Positions 18,009-28,470 of a stretch of DNA of 64,000 nucleotides are shown here, in pieces. The DNA is taken from contig CBDBBI010000010.1 of the NCBI GenBank assembly GCA_965202625.1, positions 2,624,001 through 2,688,000 on the forward strand, written 5' to 3'. The stretch's first letter is position 1. Every line of letters begins with the position of its first letter. The notes beneath the pieces are model-generated. The model was not told the origin of the DNA. It ran no database searches and worked only from the letters and a program-made list of their open reading frames with translations. The translations under genes and the position numbers were made by a program. This DNA comes from a bacterium. GTDB lineage: Bacteria; UBA8248.

Positions 18009-20534
18009 TCAGAAGCCGGCGTTCAGTCCGGTCGTCGTCGCTGAGAAGTCCTCATCGCTGAACACCAGGTGGAACATGCCTTTGGCCGGGCCGTCGCTCA
18101 CCGTCATTGTTCCGCAGTTGAAGGCGTTTTGCAGGGTCTCCAGCACTTTGCGCTTGTAGTCGGTGTCATCGTTTCCGCGCAGGTGCGCGCCCTTGGTCTC
18201 GATGACCAAGATGTGCGACTTGCCGTCGGGCTCTCCGCCCATCGCCACGAAGTCGGGCCAGATGCGCTGCTGCCTCCAGCCCCGCAGGTAGTAATCCCCC
18301 CGCTGGCGCACGGCCACCCGGTGCCACCATCGCAACGCCTTTTGCTCGTCAAGATAACGGGCGAACTTGCGCTCCAGCTCGGTGTCGAATTGCTGCGCGA
18401 ACACCGGCTCGAAAAGGCTGAGTTGCGCTGGTTGGCCGTCGTTCCTCGCCAGCAGCCCCCACTCCTCCGATACGGAGATTTTATAGCTCTCCGCCATGCG
18501 GAAGTTGGGCGGCCCCGTTTTGAGGTCGAAGCGGATTTCGCCCTCGCGCAGTTTGCGGCGAAACGCCTCTTCCGCCTGTCGCTCCACGAGAGTGGTCACG
18601 TGTTCGCGCAGCGTGAAAGCGAGGGAGGAGCGCCGATCGTGAATGTCCGCGTCCGTCTCGCCCTTGTTCCGTAATCGGTCAATCAGTTTCTGGACGACGC
18701 GCGCCGCTTGCCACGGGTTGGGGATGACGTCGGACAGGCGACGGGCATACCATGATATTTTCACCGTCTTGTCGATATACGGTTCGTGCGCATCATGAAA
18801 AACGGGAGGAGCGTCGCCGAGGTCGACGGTCGCCGATTGCCAGCTGGCCGGTTGGGGAAGAGCTTCTCCCGGGTTCGGGGCGTCAACGGCGTCCCAGTCG
18901 ATGGCGGGCAGGATATGCCGTTGGTAGTCCAGCTCAATCCATCCCTTTCCGTCCTTGTGCTGCACGAGTGGCAGGAAAATGTCCTCCCCCCGAAACCGCT
19001 CCCGCCGCTGCGCGGGAACGGGCGGCAACTCCCCGGACGCGCCCATCACCTCGTCCATGAGACCCGTCAAGCCCTCCTGTTCCAGTCCCTTCTTGACGTT
19101 GCCGACCGCCGCGCCCACGTCGGCGTTCCAGCAATACACGTAGCACTGATCCAGCCGCTCCCGCCCCGTGCGCCGCGCATGGGGCTGGCGCATCACCCGC
19201 CCCACCAGTTGGGTGATCGCGCGCTGGGCTTGGGTGTTGTCCAGCATCACCAACAGATAGGCGAAGGGGCAGTCCCATCCTTCCATCAACGCCGCCTTGG
19301 TGATTATCCACCGCACCGGCGAGGATTCGGAGAGCAGATTCTCGCGGCCCAATTCGTCGTTCTCCGCCGACTTCACGCGCACCGCCTCGGGGGAGACGCC
19401 CAGGTTGTGAACCAGATAATCGCGCGCGTCCTCGGCGTGAACGCGCTCTCCGTCGCGCTGATCCTTACCCGTGCGTTCCACGCGCACCACCGAGATGGGA
19501 CGCACGTAGCGGCCCTCGCCGTGCTGGAGCGATTCCGCCTCCGCCGCCAGCCTCTCCAGCTCCTCGTGGGCTTGCGCCAAGGCGTATTGCCATTCGACGT
19601 TCTTGAACGAGGTCACCTGCACCGGCAGCTTTATCATCTCCTCCTCTTTCAGGGCGACGCCGGAGACGTCCGCCAGCAGGTTGCTGACGCCCCGGTTCGG
19701 CGTGGCGGACAGTTCGAGCACCAGCCTGGGATTCAGGCGATTCACGGAGCGGACGAACTCATCGTTTGCTTCTTTCCTTGGTCCGTAGGCCTTGTGCGCC
19801 TCGTCCAACACCACCACAGGGCGCAGCGTCTTGAATACGTTGAACAGGCTGTGCTTGACGGGCCCGTTTTTCGAGGCGCGTTCAAGATACGGATGGTCGC
19901 GCAGCAGGCGGCCTTCCCCCAGCGCGTCGTCCGCATCCGGAAAGAGCGTGGGATACCGCCCGGAATCCCGAAACATCCGGAGGAATTCCCTGCCCTTTCG
20001 CCGGTTGGCGGCGGGCAGCATCAGCAGCATCACGCACAGATAATGGGCGACGTCGGAGGCGGTGAACGGGTCGTCCTTCTCCAGCAGTTTGACGCGCCCG
20101 CCGCTGGCGCGCTCCAGCATCTGCCGGTAGGGATGCTCCCTGCTCCAAAGAGCAGTCTTGGTCTGTTCGTAGATGGCGCGGGTCGGCGTTATCCAGAGCG
20201 TGAGCCCGGCTTGTCGGTTCAGCCGCTCCAGGGCGGCGGCGGCGAGCAGCGTCTTGCCCCCGCCGGTTGGCACCTTGAAGCAGACGTGCGGAATGGGGCG
20301 TCCTGCCCCGTCCGTGCGGCTCACGTAGTCGCCTGCGGTTTCCGCCACGCCGCCGATTTTCGCCAGTTTTTGCCAAGCGGTTTTGGGGTGGTTGCGCACG
20401 TCGTCGGGAACGTCGGCGTTGGCGTCCCGCAACGCTTTGGCGGCTTGCGCGGATCTGATCCGCTGCTCCTCCAGCGCGTTGTGCCAGCGGACGAAAGCCT
20501 TTAGGACGGCCACCTGGTATTCTTTCAGCTCCAT
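18009..20534 (-). CDS. res: Type III restriction enzyme Res subunit (helicase + nuclease)
   Basis: Walker A PTGGGKT, DEAH, LSATP, EGWDCP, QLVGRVMRQP, C-terminal PDFV...IETKG. Confidence 0.92.
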   Translation of the reverse strand: MELKEYQVAVLKAFVRWHNALEEQRIRSAQAAKALRDANADVPDDVRNHPKTAWQKLAKIGGVAETAGDYVSRTDGAGRPIPHVCFKVPTGGGKTLLAAAALERLNRQAGLTLWITPTRAIYEQTKTALWSREHPYRQMLERASGGRVKLLEKDDPFTASDVAHYLCVMLLMLPAANRRKGREFLRMFRDSGRYPTLFPDADDALGEGRLLRDHPYLERASKNGPVKHSLFNVFKTLRPVVVLDEAHKAYGPRKEANDEFVRSVNRLNPRLVLELSATPNRGVSNLLADVSGVALKEEEMIKLPVQVTSFKNVEWQYALAQAHEELERLAAEAESLQHGEGRYVRPISVVRVERTGKDQRDGERVHAEDARDYLVHNLGVSPEAVRVKSAENDELGRENLLSESSPVRWIITKAALMEGWDCPFAYLLVMLDNTQAQRAITQLVGRVMRQPHARRTGRERLDQCYVYCWNADVGAAVGNVKKGLEQEGLTGLMDEVMGASGELPPVPAQRRERFRGEDIFLPLVQHKDGKGWIELDYQRHILPAIDWDAVDAPNPGEALPQPASWQSATVDLGDAPPVFHDAHEPYIDKTVKISWYARRLSDVIPNPWQAARVVQKLIDRLRNKGETDADIHDRRSSLAFTLREHVTTLVERQAEEAFRRKLREGEIRFDLKTGPPNFRMAESYKISVSEEWGLLARNDGQPAQLSLFEPVFAQQFDTELERKFARYLDEQKALRWWHRVAVRQRGDYYLRGWRQQRIWPDFVAMGGEPDGKSHILVIETKGAHLRGNDDTDYKRKVLETLQNAFNCGTMTVSDGPAKGMFHLVFSDEDFSATTTGLNAGF

Positions 20535-20540
20535 CGTCCG

Positions 20541-22369
20541 CTATCCCGCCTGGTGCAGTTCATAAGGCAGTTGGCAGAAGGTGACGCCCATGTGCGTGAG
20601 CGCGCGCTGGCCGACGTATTTGCCCGCTCCGAAGACGATGGCCGTTTTCTCGTCTCGCCGGCTGGCCTCGCCGATGCGCTCCGCCCGTTCCTCGTTCAGT
20701 ATCGCCTCGTTGCCGCGCAGGTAATCCGCGTCGGGTTCGTAGAGAAGGTAGTAGTCGGTCGCGTCGCCTCGATGAAACAGGCCGTCCTCGTTCAGACGCT
20801 CCAGGGCGTTCGCGCCGCTGGATGCTCCGCAAGCCGTGTGCAGAAGCCAGGCGGCCAGGGCGGAGTAGGTCGGCAGGGCGTCTCCCCTGAGCATCCCCTC
20901 AATCGTTATCGGCGCGCCCAAAGTGCAATAGGTGAACGCGCCGCCCAGACCCTCTCTGAGGGATTCGTCCTTCGCCCCCGGCACGCCCCTGATGACGCGC
21001 CGCACCCGCTCGGCGGTGATGGAATCCGCGTAATCCTCGCATTCGATGAGAATGAACCTGCGGTTTCCGCCGTCCTCCTTGTTCAGGGCGAGAACGGCGT
21101 GGGCCGTCGTGCCCGAACCGGCGAAGGAGTCTAGGACGATGTCGCCGGGGCCAACGTTCGCGAATCGAAGTAGATCCGCCACAAATGGAACTGCTTTAGG
21201 GAAGTCAAACAACCTTTGTCCATCGAATATGGTCTTGATGGTGTTGGTTCCGTTCGCCGCTGAGTATTGCGTTTTGTTCCATAGCGAGGTGGGTTTTTCT
21301 CTGAAATTGCCGTCCGCGTCACTTGGACGAATTTTTATGGTGAACTGATATCCCATCCTTTTGTGCGGCTTGATCAGCAGATTATGCGGCTCTCTTTCTA
21401 TTTTTTGCTTTCCCCACCGCCAAACGGCCGCTTTCCCCTGCCCGTCCGTAGGATAAATTTCCGTGTTTGAAGACGAGCGCCGCTTGGTAGATATGGAAAG
21501 GTCAGTTCCTATAAAGATCGGAAAATGCAGATTGGGGCGGTCCTCGGGAGTTCCGCTCATTCCTATTCGGACGAGCCCGCTTCCCAAGCGATAATCGCCT
21601 CTTTTGTCCTTGTACCATCCTTCTTTCGGCGGGGTTTTTATGAACGTCCCCATATTTACTCGGGATGCGTCTTTTGCAAAAATGTGAACGTGTTCATTCA
21701 CTTCCCGCAGCCATTTTCCCGACACCGCCCCAAGATTCTGAATCAGGACAAGCGTGTCCAGAAAGTTATTCTCCCCGAATATCTCCTCCATAATACCCAG
21801 GAGTCGCCATTGTTCATGATCGTCAATGGAGACGAAAATCACGCCGTCATCTGCCAATAGTTCCTTGAGCAGATGCAGTCTTGGCCACATCATGCAGAGC
21901 CATTTGTCGTGGCGTTCGAGGTCTTCTCCGTCAACGGGGCTGTTCTGGGCGAACCACGCTTGCATCAGCGGGCTGTTCACGCGGTCGTTATACACCCAGG
22001 CTTGGCTTCCCGTGTTGTAGGGCGGGTCGATATAGACGCACTTGATTTTGCCGGCGTAGCGGGGAAGGAGCGCCTTCAGGGCGTGCAGATTGTCCCCGTG
22101 GATGATATAATTATTTTCTGGCTCTCTGCTCTCTGCTCTCTGCTCTCTGCTCTCTGCTCTCTGCTCTCTGCTCTCTGCTCTCTGCTCTCTGCTCTCTGCT
22201 CTCTGCTCTCTGCTCTCTGCTCTCTGCTCTCTGCTCTCTGCTCTCTGCTATGAGACAGTGCGTCGCCGCATTCTGCGGATTTGGCTTCGTCGGAAACCAG
22301 CGGTCGGTAGGGAACGGTGAGGTGGTGGGCGTAAACGTGCTGCTTGCCCTTGAAGTCAATCGTGGGCAT
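20541..22369 (-). CDS. mod: Type III DNA methyltransferase Mod, frameshifted (OFF) at a heptamer repeat
   Basis: 5' part MPTIDFKGKQHVYAHH; after the repeat another frame gives IIHGDNLHALKAL, IDPPYNTG and DSFAGSGTT. Confidence 0.9.
22121..22249 (-). repeat. Simple sequence repeat (AGAGAGC)18 plus 3 nt inside mod
   Basis: 18 perfect GCTCTCT units from 22121 to 22246 on +, then GCT. Confidence 0.98.
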
Positions 22370-22564
22370 CGCGCGGAATCTCCCCTTGAAGTGAGCGCGC
22401 AAGGTAGCAGAGTCGGAAGAAGCGGGCAACGCCCGGCGGCTTAGGAGGACCGCAGACACCTTCGCCCGTCTTGATATTTCGCGCGCCTGTTGTATGATGA
22501 TGTGGGTGAGGAAGAGAAACCGCCCATTTCAGCAGGCGCATTAAGCGCACGCGGAGACGTTCCG

Positions 22565-23047
22565 GTGGCGCGTCAACTCTCTCATGTGGATGGGCAAGGT
22601 CGCGCCCGAATGGTGGACGTAGGCGAGAAGCCGCTCACCCATAGGGAGGCTGTGGCCCGCGGCCGGTTGGAGATGGCACCCGATACGTTGCGCCTCATCA
22701 TGACCGGCGGCGTCCCCAAGGGCGACGTCCTGGGCGTGGCGCGCGTCGCCGGCGTCATGGCGGCGAAGGGGTGCGCGAACCTCATTCCGATGTGCCACCC
22801 GCTGCGCATATCGAGCGTGGAGATCGATTTCTCCGCCGATGCGCCGGCCGGCGCGCTCCGCATTGAAGCCGCCGTGCGCGCCGAGGACAGGACGGGTGTG
22901 GAGATGGAAGCCTTGACGGCTGTGAGCGTGGCAGGCCTGACCGTCTACGATATGTGCAAGGCGGTGGACAGGGGAATGACGCTCGCAGAAGTCCGGCTGG
23001 TGCGGAAAACAGGCGGAAAAAGTGGAGATTACGTTGTCGATCCATAG
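22565..23047 (+). CDS. moaC: Cyclic pyranopterin monophosphate synthase
   Basis: ARMVDVGEK, LIPMCHPL, TGVEMEAL, YDMCKAVD, KTGGKSG. Confidence 0.96.
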   Translation: MARQLSHVDGQGRARMVDVGEKPLTHREAVARGRLEMAPDTLRLIMTGGVPKGDVLGVARVAGVMAAKGCANLIPMCHPLRISSVEIDFSADAPAGALRIEAAVRAEDRTGVEMEALTAVSVAGLTVYDMCKAVDRGMTLAEVRLVRKTGGKSGDYVVDP

Positions 23048-23095
23048 CGTTCGCGCATTCTTTGTTTTGCATACGACGTCGCGGGAGGGGGGCGC

Positions 23096-24166
23096 ATGAA
23101 CAAGAAATCCATGCGGAAGGCGCCGCCTGAGAAGAGTGCGAGGCCGCGTTTGTTGACTTTGGCCTCGGGCGTTCTTTTCATTCTCCTTTGCGGAGGCTTG
23201 GGCGCGGCGCTCGGCGCGGTGCTCATCGCGCCCGGGTGGGCGGCTGCGGCTGGTCTTGCAACCGGCGTCTTGGCGGGCGTCCTTGTCCTCGCCCTCGCCA
23301 GAGAACTCGCCAAGGCCGGCGTCGGCGCGCTGGCAGGAGGGGCGGCCGGCCTGCTCCTCGGCCTTGCGGCCTCCTTGCTGCTCATCGCTGTCGTTGGGGA
23401 GGCGCTTCCGCGCGGCGTCCGTCCCCTGGCCGGCGCCTCCTTCGGCTTGCTTCTCGCCTATCTGGGCGCTTTCCTCGGTGCGGTGGCGGGAGGGGGGTAT
23501 GACCATCCCGCCCGGCGCGAAAAGGGGGCGGCCGAGAAGAAGCGCGACCGGGCGAAGATTCTCGATACCAGCGTCATCATCGACGGGCGCGTCGCGGATG
23601 TTTGCGAGGCGGGCTTCGTCGAGGGCCCCTTGGTGCTGCCTCAGTTTGTGCTCAAGGAATTACAGCAGATCGCGGATTCGTCCGATTCCCTCAAGCGCAA
23701 CCGCGGCCGTCGCGGTCTCGACGTCCTCCAACGCATGCAAAAAAACCAGGACCTCGACATTCAGATTCTGGAGACGGATTTTCCCCGCGTGAAAGAGGTG
23801 GACACCAAGCTCGTGCTCCTGGGCAAGGAGATATGCGGCATGGTGATGACCAACGATTTCAACCTGAACAAGGTGGCGGAGCTGCAGGGGGTGCGGGTTC
23901 TGAACATCAACGAGCTGGCGAACGCTGTGCGGCCCGTCGTTCTGCCCGGCGAGGAAATGAGTGTGTTCGTGGTCAAGGAGGGAAAGGAGCACAACCAGGG
24001 CGTCGGCTATCTGGACGATGGAACCATGGTGGTGGTGGATCACGCGCGCGCTCGGATTGGCCAGCAAGTCTCCGTCTCTGTGACGAGCGTCTTGCAGACG
24101 ACCGCTGGACGGATGATTTTCACGAAAATACGAGATGAAGCCAAAACCTCACGAAACGGCGCCTGA
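23096..24166 (+). CDS. Membrane PIN/TRAM-domain protein (YacL-like)
   Basis: 4 TM segments, [44 protein letters not shown]. Confidence 0.93.
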   Translation: MNKKSMRKAPPEKSARPRLLTLASGVLFILLCGGLGAALGAVLIAPGWAAAAGLATGVLAGVLVLALARELAKAGVGALAGGAAGLLLGLAASLLLIAVVGEALPRGVRPLAGASFGLLLAYLGAFLGAVAGGGYDHPARREKGAAEKKRDRAKILDTSVIIDGRVADVCEAGFVEGPLVLPQFVLKELQQIADSSDSLKRNRGRRGLDVLQRMQKNQDLDIQILETDFPRVKEVDTKLVLLGKEICGMVMTNDFNLNKVAELQGVRVLNINELANAVRPVVLPGEEMSVFVVKEGKEHNQGVGYLDDGTMVVVDHARARIGQQVSVSVTSVLQTTAGRMIFTKIRDEAKTSRNGA

Positions 24167-24181
24167 ACGCGCCCCGCGCCC

Positions 24182-24901
24182 GTGTTGCCGCATCCCGATC
24201 AGGTAGCGGCTATCGTTCCCGCCGCGGGGCAGAGCGCGCGCCTGCCCGGAACGGCAGCAAAGCAGTTCCGAAACCTCGCGGGAGTCCCCCTGTTTCATCA
24301 CGCCCTCTCTCGCGTTGCGTGCTCGGGCCTGGTCGGTGCGATCGTCCTAGTGGTCCCCCCCTCTTTGAACCCGCCGGCTCTTCCCGACGGAATGGGCGTG
24401 GACGTGAAAATTGTGGAAGGTGGCGCGCGCCGGCAGGATTCCGTGCGCAACGGGCTGGCCGCACTCCGTGACGACGCAGCGTGGGTGGTCGTGCACGACG
24501 GGGCGCGGCCTCTTTTGCCGCAGGGCCTCGTGGAGCGATGCCTGCTCGCCGCAGCCGAAACGGGAGCGAGCGCGGCCGCTTTGCGCGTGGTGGACACGGT
24601 GAAGGTGGGCGACGCTGAGGGTTACGTCGAGAGGACGCGCCCGCGCGAGGGACTCTGGCTCGCCCAGACGCCCCAGGTGGCGCGTCGGGAGTTGCTCGCT
24701 CGCGCGTTGACGTGGGCCGAGGCAAACCGCTTCAACGGGACGGACGAGGCGGCGTTGTTGGAGGCGACGGGCGTCCGTGTGAAGCTTGTGGAGAGCTGCG
24801 CGGAGAACCTCAAGGTGACGATGCCCCAAGACCTGCAGTGTGCGGAGTGGTTGCTAGGTGCGGAAAAACGCTTTGGGCGGCGGCGATTTTCTTGGATATG
24901 A
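24182..24901 (+). CDS. ispD: 2-C-methyl-D-erythritol 4-phosphate cytidylyltransferase
   Basis: IVPAAG, GGARRQDSV, VHDGARP, AQTPQ, NLKVT. Confidence 0.95.
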   Translation: MLPHPDQVAAIVPAAGQSARLPGTAAKQFRNLAGVPLFHHALSRVACSGLVGAIVLVVPPSLNPPALPDGMGVDVKIVEGGARRQDSVRNGLAALRDDAAWVVVHDGARPLLPQGLVERCLLAAAETGASAAALRVVDTVKVGDAEGYVERTRPREGLWLAQTPQVARRELLARALTWAEANRFNGTDEAALLEATGVRVKLVESCAENLKVTMPQDLQCAEWLLGAEKRFGRRRFSWI

Positions 24902-24980
24902 GGCTCGGTTGAGCACAGGTTCTGAGATCGCGTCTTTCAAGGAGTGCACCGCGCGTGAACGACATTGGGAGGAGATTCTC

Positions 24981-25463
24981 TTGATCCGCATCGGTGTGGG
25001 CTACGATGTCCATCGTTTCGAGGTGGGCCGTAATCTCATACTCGGCGGCGTTGAAATTTCCCATGAGCGGGGCCTGGGCGGGCACTCCGACGCCGATGTG
25101 CTCACCCACGCGATTTGCGACGCGCTGCTGGGCGCGGCGGCTCTGGGCGACATTGGCGTCCACTTTCCCGACACGGACGAGGCGTATCGGGGCGCGGACA
25201 GCCAGATGCTTCTAGCGCGCGTGGTGGAGCTTCTGGCGAAATCCGGTATGAGACCCCAGAACGTGGACGCCGTGGTCGTGGCGCAAAGGCCGAATCTGGC
25301 TCCGCACGTCCCCGCGATACGAGAAGTTCTCTCCGCCACGCTGGGCCTCTCCCTTGGCCTAGTGAGCGTCAAGGCGACCACGAGTGAGGGCCTGGGTTTT
25401 GCTGGGCGCGAGGAGGGGGTGGCGGCCCAGGCGGTTTGCACGATAAGGACGGATTCTCCTTGA
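24981..25463 (+). CDS. ispF: 2-C-methyl-D-erythritol 2,4-cyclodiphosphate synthase
   Basis: RIGVGYDVH, GHSDADV, DIGVHFPD, VKATTSEGLGF. Confidence 0.97.
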   Translation: MIRIGVGYDVHRFEVGRNLILGGVEISHERGLGGHSDADVLTHAICDALLGAAALGDIGVHFPDTDEAYRGADSQMLLARVVELLAKSGMRPQNVDAVVVAQRPNLAPHVPAIREVLSATLGLSLGLVSVKATTSEGLGFAGREEGVAAQAVCTIRTDSP

Positions 25464-25558
25464 CGCCCTTCCCCAGGACATGACAAGTTTCTGCCCGAAC
25501 CCGGCCCCGTAGAGCCGTCTTTATCCCGCGCGCCGCCGCGGATCTTGGAGAGAGTCGC

Positions 25559-27019
25559 TTGGGTGTTCGTCTATACAATACGCTGACGCGGAAAAAGGAG
25601 CCCTTTGAGCCCCGAGAGGCCGGCCGCGTGGGGATGTACGTGTGCGGAGTGACGGTGTATGACCATTGCCATCTCGGACACGCGCGCGCGTCCATCGTCT
25701 TCGACGTCATTCGCCGCTACCTCGAATATCGGGGCTACGAGGTGCGCTTCGTGTGCAACTTCACGGACGTGGACGACAAGATCATCGCGCGCGCCAGGCG
25801 CCTGAAGGTCTCCATCGGCGAGCTGACCGAGAAATTTATCGGCGAATACTACGCCGACATGGACGCCCTTGGCGTCCGGCGGGCGGACGTCGCGCCCCGC
25901 GCCACGGAAAACGTCGAAGGTATGATTGACATGATCTCCAAACTGCTCGACAAGGGCGTCGCCTACGAGGCGGCGGGCAACGTGTATTACAAGGTGGATA
26001 AATTTTTGGACTACGGGAAGCTGTCGGGTCGGAACACCGAGGAACTGGAGGCGGGCTACCGGATAGAGATTGGCGCGGGCAAGCGCGACCCGCTCGACTT
26101 CGCCCTTTGGAAGGCGGCGAAGCCCGGCGAGCCGGAGTGGGAGAGTCCCTGGGGGAGGGGGCGGCCGGGCTGGCACATCGAATGTTCCGTCATGTCGAGC
26201 CGCTACCTAGGCGAGCGGTTCGACGTGCATGGCGGCGGCGAGGACTTGATATTTCCCCACCATGAGAACGAGATAGCCCAGAGCGAGGGCTGTTTCGGCC
26301 ACGACTGGGTGCGCTATTGGGTGCACAACGGCTTCGTTCGAATCAATCACGAGAAGATGAGCAAGTCGAAAGGGAATTTCTTCACCGTCAAGGCGATTCT
26401 CAAGGACTACCCCCCCGAGGTGATTCGATATTTCTTGCTCGGGACGCACTACCGCCATCCGGTGGATTATTCGGATCAGGTGGTGGGAGAGGCGCGAAAG
26501 GGGCTGGACCGCCTTTACAACGTGCGGCTGCGGCTCACCCGAAGCGGCGGGGAGAAAGCCGGGGACTGGCGCGAAAGGGTAGAGGAGGCCGTCGCCTCGT
26601 TTCGCGCCCGCTTCATCGAGGCTATGGACGATGACTTCAACACCGCGCGCGCCCTCGGGTATTTTTTTGACTTCGCGCGACGGATAAACGGCCTCATCAA
26701 CGAGGCGGGGATGTTGCCGGAGGAGGCGGCCGTGCCCGCGCGCGAGGTTTTCGAGGAGGTGGGCGCCGTCGTGGGACTTTTCTCCCACGCCCCGCATGAT
26801 TGGTTTCGAAGCGCCGCAGACGCCGCGCTCGCCGAACGAGACGGCTCTTTAAACGGCGCCTTGTGCAACGAGGAGATCGAGGAGTTGTTGTCTAGACGCG
26901 CGCGCGCGCGCGCGAACAAGGATTTTCCGGAGGCTGACAGAATCAGGGCGGAGCTCGCCCAGGCCGGCGTCATTCTCGAGGATGGCCCCCAAGGCACCTT
27001 GTGGAAGCGAAGAACTTGA
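25559..27019 (+). CDS. cysS: Cysteine--tRNA ligase
   Basis: YVCGVTVYD, HLGH, GRPGWHIECS, KMSKS. Confidence 0.98.
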   Translation: MGVRLYNTLTRKKEPFEPREAGRVGMYVCGVTVYDHCHLGHARASIVFDVIRRYLEYRGYEVRFVCNFTDVDDKIIARARRLKVSIGELTEKFIGEYYADMDALGVRRADVAPRATENVEGMIDMISKLLDKGVAYEAAGNVYYKVDKFLDYGKLSGRNTEELEAGYRIEIGAGKRDPLDFALWKAAKPGEPEWESPWGRGRPGWHIECSVMSSRYLGERFDVHGGGEDLIFPHHENEIAQSEGCFGHDWVRYWVHNGFVRINHEKMSKSKGNFFTVKAILKDYPPEVIRYFLLGTHYRHPVDYSDQVVGEARKGLDRLYNVRLRLTRSGGEKAGDWRERVEEAVASFRARFIEAMDDDFNTARALGYFFDFARRINGLINEAGMLPEEAAVPAREVFEEVGAVVGLFSHAPHDWFRSAADAALAERDGSLNGALCNEEIEELLSRRARARANKDFPEADRIRAELAQAGVILEDGPQGTLWKRRT

Positions 27020-27179
27020 CTATGAGGATGATGCAAAGCTAGGCGGCGGGAGCGGTCGTTGGGTGTCCAGTCTCTCGTTCGCGTGAACATCACGGAGTCC
27101 GCAGGCGCGCGGGCGGAGGCGTCGAGAAAAGGCGCGGGCCATGCTCCGCGCCGTCTCCTGCCCAGTAGAAGGGCGTAAA

Positions 27180-27962
27180 ATGGGATCCGCTCCGGAGCAC
27201 GTGTGTGGAGTGCACAGCGTGCTGGCGGCTTTGGAGCGAGGGCCGCAGCGCGTCAGGTGCTTGTTCGTCGCCGGAGGGCGAAGAGGCCGCAGAGTGGCCG
27301 AGGCGGTGCGGATCGCCGAGGCGCGCCGCGTTCCCGTCGAATCGCTTTCACCTGAGCGGCTTGCCCGCAAAGCCGCTACCGTCAAGCACCAAAACTTGGT
27401 CGCGGAGGTGTGCCCCACGCCACTGCTCGCGCTTGATGCGTTGCTCTCGGCGCAGCCGGCGCCGGCCCCTCCCATCCTGCTGCTCGATCGGGTGCAGGAC
27501 CCGAGAAATTTTGGTGCCATCTTGCGGAGCGCGGCGGCTCTGGGCGCAGGCGGCGTCGTCTGGTCGAAGGACGGTGCCGTGGGCCTCACGCCCATCGCGG
27601 CGAAAGCGGCCTCGGGTGCCATCGAGATTTTGCCGCTCGCTCGCGTGGCGAATTTGGCCCGCGCGGTCTCGCGCCTCAAGGAGGCCGGCTACTGGACTCT
27701 GGCGGCGGATGCGCGTGGCGAGAAGTCTCTGGGCGTTGACGCGCCCCCCTTGCCGTGCGGGTTGGTGATTGGATCGGAGGGCGGGGGAGTGCGGCCGCTT
27801 GTGCGCAAGAATTGCGATGCGCGCGTGAGGATACCTATGGATCAGGGAGCGGTATCTTCCCTGAACGCCTCGGTTGCCGCGGCAATTCTGCTGTATGACC
27901 TCCGCCGCGCGGCCGAATCGACGAAGGATAGTAGAATATGTGCGCAAGGCGACGAAAAATAA
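27180..27962 (+). CDS. rlmB: 23S rRNA G2251 2'-O-methyltransferase
   Basis: QDPRNFGAILRSA, IGSEGGG, SLNASVAA SPOUT motifs. Confidence 0.9.
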   Translation: MGSAPEHVCGVHSVLAALERGPQRVRCLFVAGGRRGRRVAEAVRIAEARRVPVESLSPERLARKAATVKHQNLVAEVCPTPLLALDALLSAQPAPAPPILLLDRVQDPRNFGAILRSAAALGAGGVVWSKDGAVGLTPIAAKAASGAIEILPLARVANLARAVSRLKEAGYWTLAADARGEKSLGVDAPPLPCGLVIGSEGGGVRPLVRKNCDARVRIPMDQGAVSSLNASVAAAILLYDLRRAAESTKDSRICAQGDEK

Positions 27963-28215
27963 CCTAGGGAGCGATTTCGGCATCGAGCTTGTGAGGCGCT
28001 GGCTGAGTTCCTCTGTTAGGACGACCGCCTGCTCGCCGATTTGTGGCTTGTGAGGGAGCGGAAACGCCATGGCGATTTGCAGGAACTTGCTAAAACCCTG
28101 GGTGTTGCGCAAATTGTTTCCCCGACGTGAGGCGGCGCGGCGATTCTCTCCACCAACCCTGAAAATGCGCTCTTTCCTTGCCTGCGCCTTCCGACTCAAG
28201 GGGATAAAAAGGGGG

Positions 28216-28244
28216 TTGACAAGGCGGGCTTTGGCGCCTATCTT
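28216..28244 (+). promoter_or_regulatory. Sigma70 promoter of the tRNA-tuf cluster
   Basis: TTGACA, 17 nt spacer, TATCTT just upstream of tRNA-Thr. Confidence 0.7.
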
Positions 28245-28259
28245 AATTTGCCTTTGTCG

Positions 28260-28335
28260 GCTGGCGTAGCTCAGTGGGTAGAGCGGCTGATTTGTAATCA
28301 GTAGGTCGGAGGTTCGAGTCCTCTCGCCAGCTCCA
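28260..28335 (+). tRNA. tRNA-Thr(TGT)
   Basis: Cloverleaf, anticodon loop TTTGTAA, GTTCGAG T-loop, CCA end. Confidence 0.96.
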
Positions 28336-28470
28336 TGGCGGAGTGGATTCCCGAAAGCCCCAAAGGGCGATCCGCCCCCTGGACCTTTGTCCCGTCTCTC
28401 CCCTCTTCGCGTTTTTGGGGCGCGGCGGATTCGACGAAGGTTTGGTTTTTTGACGAACGGCGGGTTTCGG

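Noticed and set aside
18786-20504. 572-aa ORF on + strand
   Set aside because: Antisense shadow of the GC-rich res gene with no recognisable motifs; the same applies to the many antisense ORFs over rpoBC, tuf and ribosomal genes
22121-22249. Tandem repeat as a CRISPR array or a real REQRAES / LSALCSL repeat protein
   Set aside because: It is a 7-nt SSR with no spacers and no cas genes; the ORFs at 21873..22253 and 22111..22359 are by-products of the repeat
17864-22500. R-M locus as an intact mobile element
   Set aside because: No integrase or transposase, and I could not see flanking direct or inverted repeats
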